Shown here: piece by piece, positions 1-10,646 of the stretch
Layout: each line of letters begins with the position of its first letter
Numbering within the stretch: position 1 is the stretch's first letter
Virus record (IMG/VR): IMGVR_UViG_3300049573_000219
Span: 123,034 to 187,033 of that record
DNA: 64,000 nucleotides
Source of the DNA: a virus
Lineage: Duplodnaviria > Caudoviricetes
Reading direction: 5' to 3' (one strand)
Program-made: the position numbers and the translations under genes
The notes under the pieces: model-generated
Databases searched by the model: none
The model's input: only the letters and a program-made list of their open reading frames with translations
What the model was told of the DNA's origin: nothing

Positions 1-1
1 C

Positions 2-1444
2 GTCGCCGAGCTGGCCGACCTGTCGGCCAAGGAGCTGGAGAAGCTGGGCCCGCGCCTCGCGGAGATCGGCGGTGACGCCACAAGCAACCTCGCGGCGGCC
101 ATCATCCAGAACTCCGGAAAGATCGAGAACGCCACGCTCCAGGCCAGGACCGTCATCGCCGACGTCTTCGGCAACCTGATCGACAAGGCCAAGACGAGCG
201 AGGACTTCGCCGACATCTCGAACCAGTACTCCGCGCTGGTCACCAAGCTCAGCCAGCTCAAGGGCGTGAAGATCGACATCTCGGCCGATGACGCGAAGGC
301 GTTCAAGTCGCTCAACGACCTGAGCCTCTACATCGACCTCATCAGCAAGAAGAAGGTCAAGCCCGAGGTCGCCATCGACATCATCAAGGCGCAGGGCGAC
401 ATCGCCAAGCTCCAGGAACTGCTGAAGAATGCGGACCTGAACAAGGAGGGCAAGGCGACCATCAACACCCTGCTCTTCCAGGCGCAGCTCGCCCAGCTCA
501 CCACCTACGTGGACGGCCTGGAGGCCGAAGGCAAGCTGGACGCCAAGGGCAAGGGCGAGCTGAGCGACGCCGAGTACCGGGCGAAGGTGCTCGCGATGAC
601 CGAGTTCCTGGCCTCCACGGAAGGGCAGGGGCTGCTCAACCCGAAGGGCAAGGCGCAGCTCGACGACAAGGGGTACCGCGCCCAGATGCAGGCCCTCGCC
701 AACCTGATCCTCGGCGAGGAAGCGGCGGGCAAGTTCGACGCCAACGGTGACGGAAAGCTCTCGACCGGGGAGTTCAAGGCCCTCCTCGAAGCCCTGAAGC
801 GCGCCGTTGCCGACGCCAACCGGGGCAAGCTGAGCCCGAAGGGCACGGTCGTCCTCGCGGGCGTCAGCAACTTCAACCGTCAGCTCGGCGGTATCGTCCA
901 GGCGGCCTGGCGCTCCGGCAGCTCCATCCAGCAGGCCCTCACTCGGTCGGCGACCGTCTCGGTCGGCTACTACTACTACGCGAAGAACTCACCCCCGAAG
1001 GTCGCCCAGGTGGCCACGGGTGGCTGGATCAACGGACCCGGCGGCCCGACGTCGGACTCGATTCCGGCCATGCTGTCGAACGGTGAGTTCGTGGTGAACG
1101 CCGCTGCGGCCCGCAGGTTCGGTGCCCTGCTGGAGGTCATCAACCGCTCTGGCGGCCGTGGCTTCTCCGGCGTGGTCAGCAGGCTGATGAACGACTTCGG
1201 CCCGACCGGCGCCAGCCAGGTGAAGCTGCGGCGCTCGGGTGCCTCGAACACCATGCTGGGCGGCAGCTCGGCCATCAACCAGATGCCGCCGGAGTCGGCC
1301 GCCGCCTTCTCCGCGACCCTCGCGGTGCAGCAGCAGGGACCGACGAACGTCTTCAACATCAACAACCAGTACCCGCAGGCAGAGCCCACGTCGACTACGA
1401 TCAACCGGTCGCTGGCGTATGCGGCGACGATCAGCGGGGTGTGA
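2..1444 (+). CDS. Tape measure protein, C-terminal part (5' truncated by window)
   Basis: Frame is open from base 2. Ala/Lys-rich helical sequence ending in the typical TMP C-terminal motif ATGGWINGPGGPTSDSIPAMLSNGEFVVNAAA; directly upstream of tail-tip genes. Confidence 0.85.
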   Translation, partial: VAELADLSAKELEKLGPRLAEIGGDATSNLAAAIIQNSGKIENATLQARTVIADVFGNLIDKAKTSEDFADISNQYSALVTKLSQLKGVKIDISADDAKAFKSLNDLSLYIDLISKKKVKPEVAIDIIKAQGDIAKLQELLKNADLNKEGKATINTLLFQAQLAQLTTYVDGLEAEGKLDAKGKGELSDAEYRAKVLAMTEFLASTEGQGLLNPKGKAQLDDKGYRAQMQALANLILGEEAAGKFDANGDGKLSTGEFKALLEALKRAVADANRGKLSPKGTVVLAGVSNFNRQLGGIVQAAWRSGSSIQQALTRSATVSVGYYYYAKNSPPKVAQVATGGWINGPGGPTSDSIPAMLSNGEFVVNAAAARRFGALLEVINRSGGRGFSGVVSRLMNDFGPTGASQVKLRRSGASNTMLGGSSAINQMPPESAAAFSATLAVQQQGPTNVFNINNQYPQAEPTSTTINRSLAYAATISGV

Positions 1445-1447
1445 TTC

Positions 1448-2290
1448 ATGGCGACGGCATACAAGATCAACGGGTTCACGATCGGCGGCAACGCCGTGAA
1501 CGCGGGTATCTACCTCCTGGAGGGCACCGAGTACGCCCCAGCCTTGGCGCCGCGCCGCGCGGTCATCGAGATCCCCGGCGTCCACTACGCGATCCCGCAG
1601 TGGAATGACCCGCTGTCGCAGATCACGGTGTCCTTGAGGGTCAGAGTGGTGGACGGCGACGCGGAGTCGCTGGCGTCCCGCTGGAACACCCTGATGGGCC
1701 TGCTCGGGATGGGCACCAACCAGCCCATCACGCTCACGCGGGTGCGCGGCACGATCGAGGAGACGGCGGACGCCCAGCTCGTTTCGATGAACACCCCGGA
1801 CTTCTCCTGCCCCGGCAGCAGGGCCGACGCGACGCTCATCTTCAGCATCCCCGGGGGCGCCTGGCGCGGGGCTGAGACCACCGTCACCTTCTTCAACAGC
1901 GCCTCGAACACCTTGGCCAACGCGCTCGCCTCGACGGTTCCGATCGCCGACGCCCTCCTGCTGCTGAAGGGTCCGGCCACTTCCCTGACGGTCACCGACA
2001 ACACCTCAACGACCACGATCTTCTGGGGGGACGGGTCCTCCTCGGTCAGCGCGGCGCAGTGGCTGCTGATCGATCCCCGCTACATGCGGGCCCGGCTCCA
2101 GTCCTCGGAAACATGGAGTTTCACCACGGGAACCAACGTGACCGGCGCCCTGGAATTCCGTGGAAACGGCCCCCTGACTTTCACGTCTCGTGGCTCCGGT
2201 GCTTTCGGGAACAGGACCGGCACATTTACCGTTACAACTGCCGGAGGGAACAACGGAGTGCAGGTTCGATCACGGTATGCGGTGGTGTAG
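1448..2290 (+). CDS. Minor tail protein, distal-tail (Dit)-like
   Basis: 280 aa, beta-rich, immediately after the TMP; conserved siphovirus gene order. Confidence 0.7.
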   Translation: MATAYKINGFTIGGNAVNAGIYLLEGTEYAPALAPRRAVIEIPGVHYAIPQWNDPLSQITVSLRVRVVDGDAESLASRWNTLMGLLGMGTNQPITLTRVRGTIEETADAQLVSMNTPDFSCPGSRADATLIFSIPGGAWRGAETTVTFFNSASNTLANALASTVPIADALLLLKGPATSLTVTDNTSTTTIFWGDGSSSVSAAQWLLIDPRYMRARLQSSETWSFTTGTNVTGALEFRGNGPLTFTSRGSGAFGNRTGTFTVTTAGGNNGVQVRSRYAVV

Positions 2291-2293
2291 CAC

Positions 2294-5200
2294 ATGGCCC
2301 TGGTGAATACCCTGGTCGTCCGGTTCCGGGCATACGAGGCGAACGGGTCGCCGATCGGAGTCCTGCCGCATCCGCTCTCCTGGGAAGCGGGCATCCCGCT
2401 GAACGACATGCCGTCGCTCACGATGACCTACCCGGACGGCTCCGACGCGGCCAACCTCCTGAAGACGCCCTGCGAAGTCGCGCTTGAGCTGCGGGATCCG
2501 GTCACGGGCACCTTCACCGAGCACCCCGGGTGCCGGTTCATGAACATCCGCCGGTCCTTCGACCTGGCGGCCCGCCCCCGCATTCTCTCCTTCACGATGC
2601 CGTCGTACGGCTGGCAGCTCAAGAAGGTCCGCTGGATGGACCCCGACCTGCCGCGCCTGAACAAGGACGGACAGGTCGCCTACAAGACGGCCGTCTCGCC
2701 AGCTCTGCCGATCAAGGAGATCATCGACTACGCCAAGAACCGGGGCAACATCCCGGGTCTGACCTACTCCTTCACCGGAAGCGTGGACTCGGCGGGGACC
2801 GCGTGGGGTGTCACGATGAAGGGCAACTTCGACTACGGGCAGGATGCCTGGTCGATGATCGACGCCCTCTCCCGTCAGGGGTTCTTCGACTGGCGGATGA
2901 ACGGCCGGGCCCTTCAGCTCTACAAGGCCGACACGACTCTGCGCAGGCAGCTCGACTCGGACACGGGCGTGCACATCCACAGCATGCTCGGAACCACCGA
3001 GGAGCCGGTCGAACGCACATGGGAAGACCTCGCCGGGTTCATCGTCGCGATCGGTGACCAGCAGCTCATCTCCGGCATGGTCGAGGCGCCGGACTCGGTC
3101 GACTACCCGTGGGGCAAGTGGGACGAGGCGATCTCCGCATCCGGCGTGACGGACGTGCAGACGCTTGCACAGATCACCGACAATCTGCTGCTCACGAAGT
3201 ACAAAAGCCGCACCCAGTACACGAAGAAGTTCGTGTGGACCGAGGGCGCCCCGGTGCCCCTGGTGGACTACCGGCCGGGCGACTTCATCCGGGCCATGAG
3301 CGATGCGACGACAGGCGCCCAGAAGGCGTCCATGCGCGTCTACCAGGTCACGCTCTCCGGCACCGATCCGTACGGCGTGAACATCTCTCTCACGCTGAAC
3401 GACCGCTTCACGGACCGCGCACTTCAGACGGAGCGGTGGGTTGCCCGCGTCTCGGGCGGCGGCGGCTCGGTCGGAGGGGGAGGCACGGGCGCGGGCACCA
3501 AGCCCCAGAAGCCCGCACCGATCGACTCCACGCCGCCGAAGGCGCCCATCCTGAACACGGTCGTCAACGAGCCGTACTTCTCCGAACTGGGTGACCCGGT
3601 CTCGATGGCCGATGTCGCATTCCAGGTGGTGACCCAGGACGTCGAGAACCGGACGATCGAGATCCTGCGGTACAACGTTGCGGCCCGCCGCTCGGACTTC
3701 AACTGGCAGCAGGCGTTCACCGTTCAGGTGACCCAGCCCGACTCGCCTTCAACCGGTCAGGTCATTCACGCGAAGGTGCCACTGCTGGACTCGGGTTACA
3801 GCTACGAGTTCCGCGTTCAGGCGATCCGTGATTCCGGCTACGCATCCGCCTGGTCGAATGCCATCGTGCAGACGATGGGATACCCGACAACGGCTCCGGA
3901 AATCCCCTCTGCTCCGATCCTCTCCTCGAAGCTCAGCACGGTGAAGGCGGAGTGGGACGGGCTGGACGAGGTCGGCAACGGCTACCCGCCTGAGTTCCGC
4001 GAGATCCAGGTCGAGGTCTCTGTGGACAACTCGAACTGGTACCACGCGGGAGAGATCTTCTCCCCCGGCGCCTCGATCATCATGAGCGGCAAGGGTGGCA
4101 TCCCAACGTGGAACGTCGGGGACACGGTCTACGTGCGCTACAAGGCGATGAACAGCGCCTCGGTCATCTCGCCCGCTTCGGCCGTTTCATCGATCGTTGT
4201 TCTCGGTGTCGTCGGTCCTGACATCGCGGCCAACACCATCACGGCGAACAACATCGCCGCAGGAACGATCACCGCCGAGGAGATCAAGGCGCACAGCCTT
4301 TCGGTGGAGACGCTTTCCGTCGGCGATCCCAACAACCTGGTGATCGACCCGACTTTCTCCTCGGCCGAGCTGAACACGGCGCGCATCACGCAGGCTAACG
4401 ACTCCTCGGCTTCCGGCGTCCTGTGGTCCATCACGTCCGCTGGCGCCGTGCGCATCGACAACAACACGACCGCCAACTCGTTCAACCGGTTCGGCCTGAC
4501 CAACAACACCCTGGTCAACTACCCTCTCCAGACCTTCCCGGGTCCTGGCCTGTCCAGCAACGAGCTGGCCATCCCCTACACGCTGCCTGCCAACGCCTCG
4601 GGTGGCAGTGGCGCCATCAGGGCGCGCTTCGTGGTGACCGCGACCGGCATCCCGGCGAGCCCCGGCGCAGCGACGATCAACATCGCGATGCTGGCCCGCC
4701 AGTTCCAGCGCAGCGGTGCAGGTATCGGCTCATCGGGAACAGTCATCGCCGATTTCAGCATCACGGCGAATGGCACCTACACGGTTCAGTCCGTCAATGG
4801 GTGGACGCCAGCCGCTGGCACGGTCAGCTACATCCCCTACATCTACGTGAAGTTCGAGAACGGGGTTTCCGCAGATGTCGCCCTGGAGGTCACGCAGATC
4901 GAGGTGTGGCAGGAATCCTCGGTGTTCATCGGGAACGGTTTGATCAAGGCGCCCTTGATCGATGCGAATGCGGTGACCACGGACAAGCTCGATGCCGACG
5001 CCATTACGGCGAAGCATTCGATCCGTTCCGCCTACTACGAGATGACCAGCCAGTCCGGTGCAGCCGTCGTCAAGATCACCGAGAATGCCAACTATAACGG
5101 CCAGTCGGGAATCCGGTGGGACGGCCTGACGAACTACGGCCCTCGCATCTTCCAGGTCGACGCAACGGGTACGGGCGGCTGGGATCCGCGAGGCTTCGTC

Positions 5201-5611
5201 ATCACCGGACCCGAGCAGACGGTGAACTCCTCCGGCCGCGTCGACCTCCAGTTCGCATACGGAATCACAAACTCGCACGTCGCGAGGAAGTACGGTTCGG
5301 AAACGATTTCCGTACAGGGGATTTACTGGGACAGCTCGGTTGCCCGTTTCCGCATTGGCGGTATGTTCAACACGGGCCACTACACGAACGACATGCTCCG
5401 CATGGACCGCCTCAGCTTCCAGAACGGAACCTACTCGTACGGATCCGTGACGACGCGCAGGTACTACCCGGTCCTCTGCCCCAACGGCGGATCGAGTCCG
5501 ACCACAAGTTCGATCTACCAGTTCCCCAGCGGAACCGAAGGTGGCTTCCAGTACGTTTCCAGTGCGGGCGTGAGCGAAGTCTTCTTCATCTGCATGTGTG
5601 GAACTCCGTGA
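2294..5611 (+). CDS. Large minor tail/tail-tip protein (hub plus FN3-like domains and fibre)
   Basis: 1105 aa after Dit; Gly linker, FN3-like YEFRVQA...SAWS segment, ITANNIAAGTITAEEI-type fibre repeats. Confidence 0.8.
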   Translation: MALVNTLVVRFRAYEANGSPIGVLPHPLSWEAGIPLNDMPSLTMTYPDGSDAANLLKTPCEVALELRDPVTGTFTEHPGCRFMNIRRSFDLAARPRILSFTMPSYGWQLKKVRWMDPDLPRLNKDGQVAYKTAVSPALPIKEIIDYAKNRGNIPGLTYSFTGSVDSAGTAWGVTMKGNFDYGQDAWSMIDALSRQGFFDWRMNGRALQLYKADTTLRRQLDSDTGVHIHSMLGTTEEPVERTWEDLAGFIVAIGDQQLISGMVEAPDSVDYPWGKWDEAISASGVTDVQTLAQITDNLLLTKYKSRTQYTKKFVWTEGAPVPLVDYRPGDFIRAMSDATTGAQKASMRVYQVTLSGTDPYGVNISLTLNDRFTDRALQTERWVARVSGGGGSVGGGGTGAGTKPQKPAPIDSTPPKAPILNTVVNEPYFSELGDPVSMADVAFQVVTQDVENRTIEILRYNVAARRSDFNWQQAFTVQVTQPDSPSTGQVIHAKVPLLDSGYSYEFRVQAIRDSGYASAWSNAIVQTMGYPTTAPEIPSAPILSSKLSTVKAEWDGLDEVGNGYPPEFREIQVEVSVDNSNWYHAGEIFSPGASIIMSGKGGIPTWNVGDTVYVRYKAMNSASVISPASAVSSIVVLGVVGPDIAANTITANNIAAGTITAEEIKAHSLSVETLSVGDPNNLVIDPTFSSAELNTARITQANDSSASGVLWSITSAGAVRIDNNTTANSFNRFGLTNNTLVNYPLQTFPGPGLSSNELAIPYTLPANASGGSGAIRARFVVTATGIPASPGAATINIAMLARQFQRSGAGIGSSGTVIADFSITANGTYTVQSVNGWTPAAGTVSYIPYIYVKFENGVSADVALEVTQIEVWQESSVFIGNGLIKAPLIDANAVTTDKLDADAITAKHSIRSAYYEMTSQSGAAVVKITENANYNGQSGIRWDGLTNYGPRIFQVDATGTGGWDPRGFVITGPEQTVNSSGRVDLQFAYGITNSHVARKYGSETISVQGIYWDSSVARFRIGGMFNTGHYTNDMLRMDRLSFQNGTYSYGSVTTRRYYPVLCPNGGSSPTTSSIYQFPSGTEGGFQYVSSAGVSEVFFICMCGTP

Positions 5612-5617
5612 GGAACG

Positions 5618-6388
5618 ATGGCTGAAATCGACGTGACCCGGCACGTGATCCGAGAGCACCAGCCTGCAAAGGGGGAGGACTACGACCCGACGCAGGACAT
5701 GCTGATCGTCGTCCACAAGAACCCCAACAACCCGGACGACCCAGTCGAGTTCGGGCACCACATCCGCATGAGCGTGATCGCCTACCGCAAGGAGATGTGG
5801 GGTCTTCCGGACTACGCCAGCACCATCGACATGGAACTGAAAGACCTGGAGCGGTACTACGCCCGGGAGTCAGACGACGAGGACTACGGGGTCCATCCGC
5901 TGGCCGGTATCACGGAGCACTACTTCGAGGTGCCCCCGGTGCGCATGAAGTCGTTCAATCCGGACTACGTTTTCGACCGTGTCGAATCCAAGGCGACAGC
6001 CCTTCCGGCCACCACTGACGGCGCCGTGGCCATGTGCCTGGAGACGGTGCTCTCCGGCGTGGGGGACGTCAAGGCGTGCCTCGCCTCGGCCGACCAGAAG
6101 AACTTCGCCTGCCGTGGCATGACCGGCTTGTCGACCGATACGGTCAACCAGCGGCGGGAGACCAACCGGCGGACCGAGGAGCAGACCCGGCGCATCACCC
6201 TGGTCCCTTCGGCGCCACTGGACGCCGTCAGGCAGTTGCTGACCGACCGTGAGCCGGACCTGGAACGGGCGCGCGAAGGGTTCGTGAATCACGCCCTCAT
6301 GGAGGGCGATGTTCCGGAGATCATGCGCAAGAGGGTGGTGGCCGCAGCCGTCAGGCGTGGCCTGCTGAAGGAGAACACGTGGATGTAG
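5618..6388 (+). CDS. Hypothetical protein (tail region)
   Basis: 256 aa ORF with GAGG RBS, contiguous with the tail operon. Confidence 0.7.
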   Translation: MAEIDVTRHVIREHQPAKGEDYDPTQDMLIVVHKNPNNPDDPVEFGHHIRMSVIAYRKEMWGLPDYASTIDMELKDLERYYARESDDEDYGVHPLAGITEHYFEVPPVRMKSFNPDYVFDRVESKATALPATTDGAVAMCLETVLSGVGDVKACLASADQKNFACRGMTGLSTDTVNQRRETNRRTEEQTRRITLVPSAPLDAVRQLLTDREPDLERAREGFVNHALMEGDVPEIMRKRVVAAAVRRGLLKENTWM

Positions 6389-6393
6389 GGACC

Positions 6394-6540
6394 GTGTCGT
6401 CAGAGGACGTGCTGGCCTCGTACGAACGCCAGCTCACCGAGGCTCATAGGAAGATCGCGATGCTGGAGGCCGCGCTGGAGCGCGAGCGCCGGTCGTCGGC
6501 GCAGGCCCGCATCGCCGCACGCGAGGAGCAGGAACAGTGA
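6394..6540 (+). CDS. Small coiled-coil protein (48 aa; not in ORF track)
   Basis: GTG...TGA, VSSEDVLASYERQLTEAHRKIAMLEAALERERR...; fills the gap and overlaps the next gene by GTGA. Confidence 0.6.
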   Translation: MSSEDVLASYERQLTEAHRKIAMLEAALERERRSSAQARIAAREEQEQ

Positions 6541-7007
6541 CCACGGTGACGATCCCCACGGACGGGGTGCCCGCGTCCTTCACGTTCGAGGTGCCCGCGC
6601 CGGGCGACCTGACCACCCTGGGCGGCATCAGGCTCTACTTCGTCTTCTCCGGCCAGGTGCCGAATCCGTTCGTGCCGGGCCTCACGCTGGAGGGCACCCC
6701 GTACGACGTCTCACAGACCGCCTCCGGGCCGACGAGCCGCACCTTCGCAGCCCAGTTCCCCGAGGCCCTGGATGCGCCGCAGGAGGCCGTCCTGACGGTC
6801 AACGAGGGCTCCGTCCTCCAGGCCGGGAGCACGGTCACCATCTACGCCTGGGGCGCCCAGACCGAGTCCGGCACGGGCGCCCTGAACCCTGACGAGGGAG
6901 GCGAGCCGAGCATCATGACCGACACCATCGAGGTCGGTACGGTGCAGGTCGTCACCTGGCAGGAGTGGAACCGGATGACGGGCGCGAACGAGGGCTACGG
7001 CTCGTAG
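6537..7007 (+). CDS. Hypothetical beta-rich protein, possibly virion-associated
   Basis: 156 aa; translationally coupled to the upstream gene. Confidence 0.65.
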   Translation: MTTVTIPTDGVPASFTFEVPAPGDLTTLGGIRLYFVFSGQVPNPFVPGLTLEGTPYDVSQTASGPTSRTFAAQFPEALDAPQEAVLTVNEGSVLQAGSTVTIYAWGAQTESGTGALNPDEGGEPSIMTDTIEVGTVQVVTWQEWNRMTGANEGYGS

Positions 7008-7530
7008 CTCCGCCACCCTTGGGGTAGGCGGCCCGGCACACCGGCAGGTAGCGCATCCGGGTCAGGTGTGTCACCGCGTGCCGCAGCGAGTCTCTGACGT
7101 GGCGCTGGGCGTGCTGGTGCTCCATGTGCAGCCCCAGCGCCTCCAGCACCTCGTCGGGAACCATGTGCTTGGCCTCGACCGGTTCTTGCGGGTGGACGGA
7201 TTCGTACAGGCGCCGCTCGAACAGCACCTGCTCCACGGACCCGATCACCCGCAGAGCGGTCGTGTCCTTCTGGGCGCTGTTGTTGCGCAGGTGGAAGTTC
7301 TCGTACAGGAACTGATGCCTGCCCGGGTGCCGGTCCACCCACTCGATCAGCTTCATGGAGGGCATGGCGCCGTCGGCCTCCAGGGACGGGTCGTAGGGGA
7401 CGGTCGCCCAGTCGACCAGCTCGAAGTCGTCGGCTTCGATGCGGAGCAGACTGAGCCCGGTGTCCCCGCCCGGGTCCATGCAGTGCAGGAAGAAGCCGTG
7501 CCGGGTGCTCATGGAAGTCGTTCTGGACAT
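6952..7530 (-). CDS. RuvC-like Holliday junction resolvase
   Basis: MDPGGDTG strand-1 motif, YENF glutamate, HVRDSLRHA C-terminal helix; RBS GAAAGG. Confidence 0.75.
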   Translation of the reverse strand: MSRTTSMSTRHGFFLHCMDPGGDTGLSLLRIEADDFELVDWATVPYDPSLEADGAMPSMKLIEWVDRHPGRHQFLYENFHLRNNSAQKDTTALRVIGSVEQVLFERRLYESVHPQEPVEAKHMVPDEVLEALGLHMEHQHAQRHVRDSLRHAVTHLTRMRYLPVCRAAYPKGGGATSRSPRSRPSSGSTPAR

Positions 7531-7703
7531 CTCTCACCTTTCCGATAAATATGCGCTAATGAGCGAAAATCTGTGGCGTCATGTTCACGCGTGGCCTGTT
7601 CCGGTCACCGACACCGCTGGCCACCCGCACCAGGTGCAGTATCAGGAGGATGCGGAAACCCGGCGCGTGCGCTACGTCCACCTGCCTGCATGCTGGTGCC
7701 GGG

Positions 7704-9671
7704 CTACGCCGCCTTCTCGTAGCAGCCGATCCAGCTCTTCGACGCCGGGCTGACGCCGCACGTAATCGGGACGGTCTCGAAGAAGGTCGTGAGTGCCTTC
7801 ATGGCCCGCTCGGCGATCTCATCCACCCGGTCCTCGGGCACCTCCAGCACGATCTCATCGTGGATCACGAGGACCAGCATCTCCAGCACCTCGCGGTCCA
7901 TCCTGAGCAGGCCGTCGCACAGCAGGTCACGAGTCGTCGACTGGCCCACCTGGGCGGGGGCCTGCGTGTACTCCTGCCCCGGGATGACCCGCAGCGGCCT
8001 GCCCCACTTGCTGGGGACGAGACCGGTCTGCTCAGCCCGGCGTCGGATCCGGTCACGCCAGCGGCACAACACCGGGAAGGCGCGCTTCATCCCGTCGTCG
8101 AACTTCCTGGTGGTCTCCAGTGGGAGCCCGGTGTGGGCCGAGGCGCCCTTCGGGCCCTGGCCGTAGTTCCAGGCGTGGGTGATCGCCTTCGCCTTGCCAC
8201 GCGCTTCGTCGTCCCGGCTACCGAAGACCCGGAAGGCGACCTCGCGGTGCATGTCCATGCCGGGCCTCGCGAGTTTCATGTACTCGGGGTCCTGGCACCA
8301 TCCGGCCACGGCTCGGGCATCGACCTGGTCGAGGTCGATCGCGATGAAGACGCATCCCTTCTTCGCCCGGAACATCCGGCGCTGGAGCAGTGCGGCGCCG
8401 CGCTTTCCGATGTTCGTCACGGACGGTTTGATGTGCGCCCACCGGCCGGACGCCTGAATGTCGCCGATCTGGGCGTGCACGCGGCCGTCGGGGCAGACGT
8501 TCTCCAGCACCTCTTCGGCCTTGCCGCTGGCGGAGCCGACCATGATGGCCGCTTCGCACAGCTCAAGCACCTCGGGGTTGTCGGCGTACTTCCGGCTGAG
8601 TCCGGGAATCGATTCCTGGCCCCGCAGCCACGCGTCCTTGCCGAGCGCGTCCTTGGACAGCGCGAGCTTGCCGCCGTTCAGGGTGTAGGGAATGTCTTCG
8701 TCACGCACCCCCGCCGCACGCAGCGCCTGCTCGAATGCGTCGCGCCCCCGGTTGGTCGACAGCGGGGACGGGCCGATCACGTCGGTGCGCCACCGGTATC
8801 CCGCGCGCACGTCCGGGCAGGGTCGCTTGAACAGGCTCTCGTACAGGCGGCGGACCCGCTTGCCGTGAGGCGTGGTGCGCGGGATTTTCACTTCGACCTG
8901 CTCCTGCCAGAGGATCTGCGAGTTCGGGAGGGGCACCCCGGCCTTCTCGTGGAGGAAGTGGTACGCCTTGGCCCGCTGCTCTTCGGCCGCGCGGATCTGG
9001 GCATGCACCTCGTCGAGATCGACTTCGAGCCCCTTGAGGTACATGCCGTTCTGGATCGCCGCGATCAGCATTTCGCGCTTCACGACGGGGATCAGGTTCT
9101 TGCGGTGGGCCCGGCGCCCCATCTCGCGGTAGACGTCACGTGATGCGACGAGGTCGCCGCGCAGGTAGTCCCAGTACTCGGCCAGGTCGATGGGGATCTT
9201 GTCGTAGCCGCCGTACTGCGCGGCCATGCGCGGGAGGTGGTCCGTCTTGCCCTCGAAGCCGTAGCGTGCCGCCACGTCGTTGAGGCGGTAGCTGATGCGC
9301 AGGTCCGCCGGGGTGAGGCCGCGCCGGGCGAGCGCCCGGAAGTTCAGCTTCACGCCGGGCCGCAGCTTCGGATAGGGCGGGTTGATGGTCCGCTCGCCCA
9401 CGAGGGTGTCGATCGCCTTAGCGGCCAGTTCGTGGTAGTCGGCCCCGCAGTGGACCGCCAGGGCGATGAGGTCGAAGCCGAGGACGTTGTGCCCGTAGAT
9501 CACGCTGGCATCACGCAGGACGGCGAGCAGATCTTCCGGGTCGGTGGAGATCTGCGGTTCGCCGTCGTCCACCACCCAGCCGACGAGGCGCACGAAGGGA
9601 CCCTCGTAGCCGCCTTTGAAGATCAGCTCGGCGCTGGCTGTCTCGATGTCGAAGCCGACTACACCGGCCAT
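7704..9671 (-). CDS. polA: DNA polymerase, family A, with 3'-5' exonuclease
   Basis: ExoI FDIET, ExoII HNVLGFD, ExoIII YLRGD; motif A DLDQVDAR, motif B RGKAKAITHAWNYG, motif C IHDEIV. Confidence 0.95.
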   Translation of the reverse strand: MAGVVGFDIETASAELIFKGGYEGPFVRLVGWVVDDGEPQISTDPEDLLAVLRDASVIYGHNVLGFDLIALAVHCGADYHELAAKAIDTLVGERTINPPYPKLRPGVKLNFRALARRGLTPADLRISYRLNDVAARYGFEGKTDHLPRMAAQYGGYDKIPIDLAEYWDYLRGDLVASRDVYREMGRRAHRKNLIPVVKREMLIAAIQNGMYLKGLEVDLDEVHAQIRAAEEQRAKAYHFLHEKAGVPLPNSQILWQEQVEVKIPRTTPHGKRVRRLYESLFKRPCPDVRAGYRWRTDVIGPSPLSTNRGRDAFEQALRAAGVRDEDIPYTLNGGKLALSKDALGKDAWLRGQESIPGLSRKYADNPEVLELCEAAIMVGSASGKAEEVLENVCPDGRVHAQIGDIQASGRWAHIKPSVTNIGKRGAALLQRRMFRAKKGCVFIAIDLDQVDARAVAGWCQDPEYMKLARPGMDMHREVAFRVFGSRDDEARGKAKAITHAWNYGQGPKGASAHTGLPLETTRKFDDGMKRAFPVLCRWRDRIRRRAEQTGLVPSKWGRPLRVIPGQEYTQAPAQVGQSTTRDLLCDGLLRMDREVLEMLVLVIHDEIVLEVPEDRVDEIAERAMKALTTFFETVPITCGVSPASKSWIGCYEKAA

Positions 9672-9686
9672 CTCTTCCCCTCTCCG

Positions 9687-10634
9687 TCAGGCTGTTCCCG
9701 TGGTTGCCGGGAGGAGGTACTTGTCCTCCCAGGCGTAGAGCAGGCTGTAGTACCTGCTGCCGAGATGCCGGGCCCGATGTGGCCTAGGCAGCTCCGGGAT
9801 GCACAAATGGTAACAGTCCTCGCCGTTTCTCGGTACCGGGGTAGAGGTGAAAACGTACTCCTTCAAGAGCGTTTCCGGGAACAGGTCGCGCACCCATTCC
9901 TGCCCGTAGACGTACGGCTCAAGGTCGACGGTCCTCTCGCTCGCCATGCCAGCCCACATCATCACCTCCTCGCGCGAGCGGACCGACAGCGTGTCGAGGT
10001 CGGGGCCCACGGGGGTGAACTGAACCCCCCGAGTCGGCTCCAGGAGGGCCACCTTGGGCACTCCGGTCAGGCGGGACGCCATCGCCTCGGGGACACCTTT
10101 GTCGCGGACGATGTCGGCGGCGAAGGTCCGGAACGCCGTGTCTCCACGGGTCGCCGCTTCCAGTGCCAAGTGGATCACCCGCATGTCGCACGAGCCCGTC
10201 ACGCGGGTCGCCAGCATGTCCTCCGACCGTGTCATCCACTTCTGGCAGGTGATCGCCGACAGGTCGGTCATCTCCTCGAAGAACGACGAGCTGAAGAGCA
10301 TGAGCGGTGACAGCAGCGTGACGGCGGCCAGCCGACGACGCCTGCTCCACCTGCGCCGGTTCACGTATGCCCACCAGGTGAAGGAGAGGATCTGCCCCCT
10401 CTCCGCCGGGCTGTACACGTGGAGCAGGTCGACGTCGGCCGGGTTGGTGTTGTACGGGCTGCGGAAGACGGTCCGGTTGGGGGACTCCATGACGCGTTCC
10501 ACGGCCCGCAGAAGGTGCGGGAAGCGGTGCAGGGAGGGAATGAGCGTTCTGGCCCGCGAGACACGCTCCTGGGGCGTTCCATGGCGGTCCCCCGGGGGCC
10601 TCCCCGGCGGGCGCCCGGTCGGCTTTCGGGCCAC
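9687..10634 (-). CDS. Hypothetical protein, basic GRPPGRPP N-terminus, possibly DNA-binding
   Basis: 315 aa between primase and polymerase; GGAGG RBS. Confidence 0.65.
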   Translation of the reverse strand: MARKPTGRPPGRPPGDRHGTPQERVSRARTLIPSLHRFPHLLRAVERVMESPNRTVFRSPYNTNPADVDLLHVYSPAERGQILSFTWWAYVNRRRWSRRRRLAAVTLLSPLMLFSSSFFEEMTDLSAITCQKWMTRSEDMLATRVTGSCDMRVIHLALEAATRGDTAFRTFAADIVRDKGVPEAMASRLTGVPKVALLEPTRGVQFTPVGPDLDTLSVRSREEVMMWAGMASERTVDLEPYVYGQEWVRDLFPETLLKEYVFTSTPVPRNGEDCYHLCIPELPRPHRARHLGSRYYSLLYAWEDKYLLPATTGTA

Positions 10635-10646
10635 GCTTCCTCCGGG

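Noticed and set aside
7559-7753. Small + strand ORF between ruvC-like and polA
   Set aside because: No clear RBS, overlaps the polA 3' end, no motif; cannot be supported.
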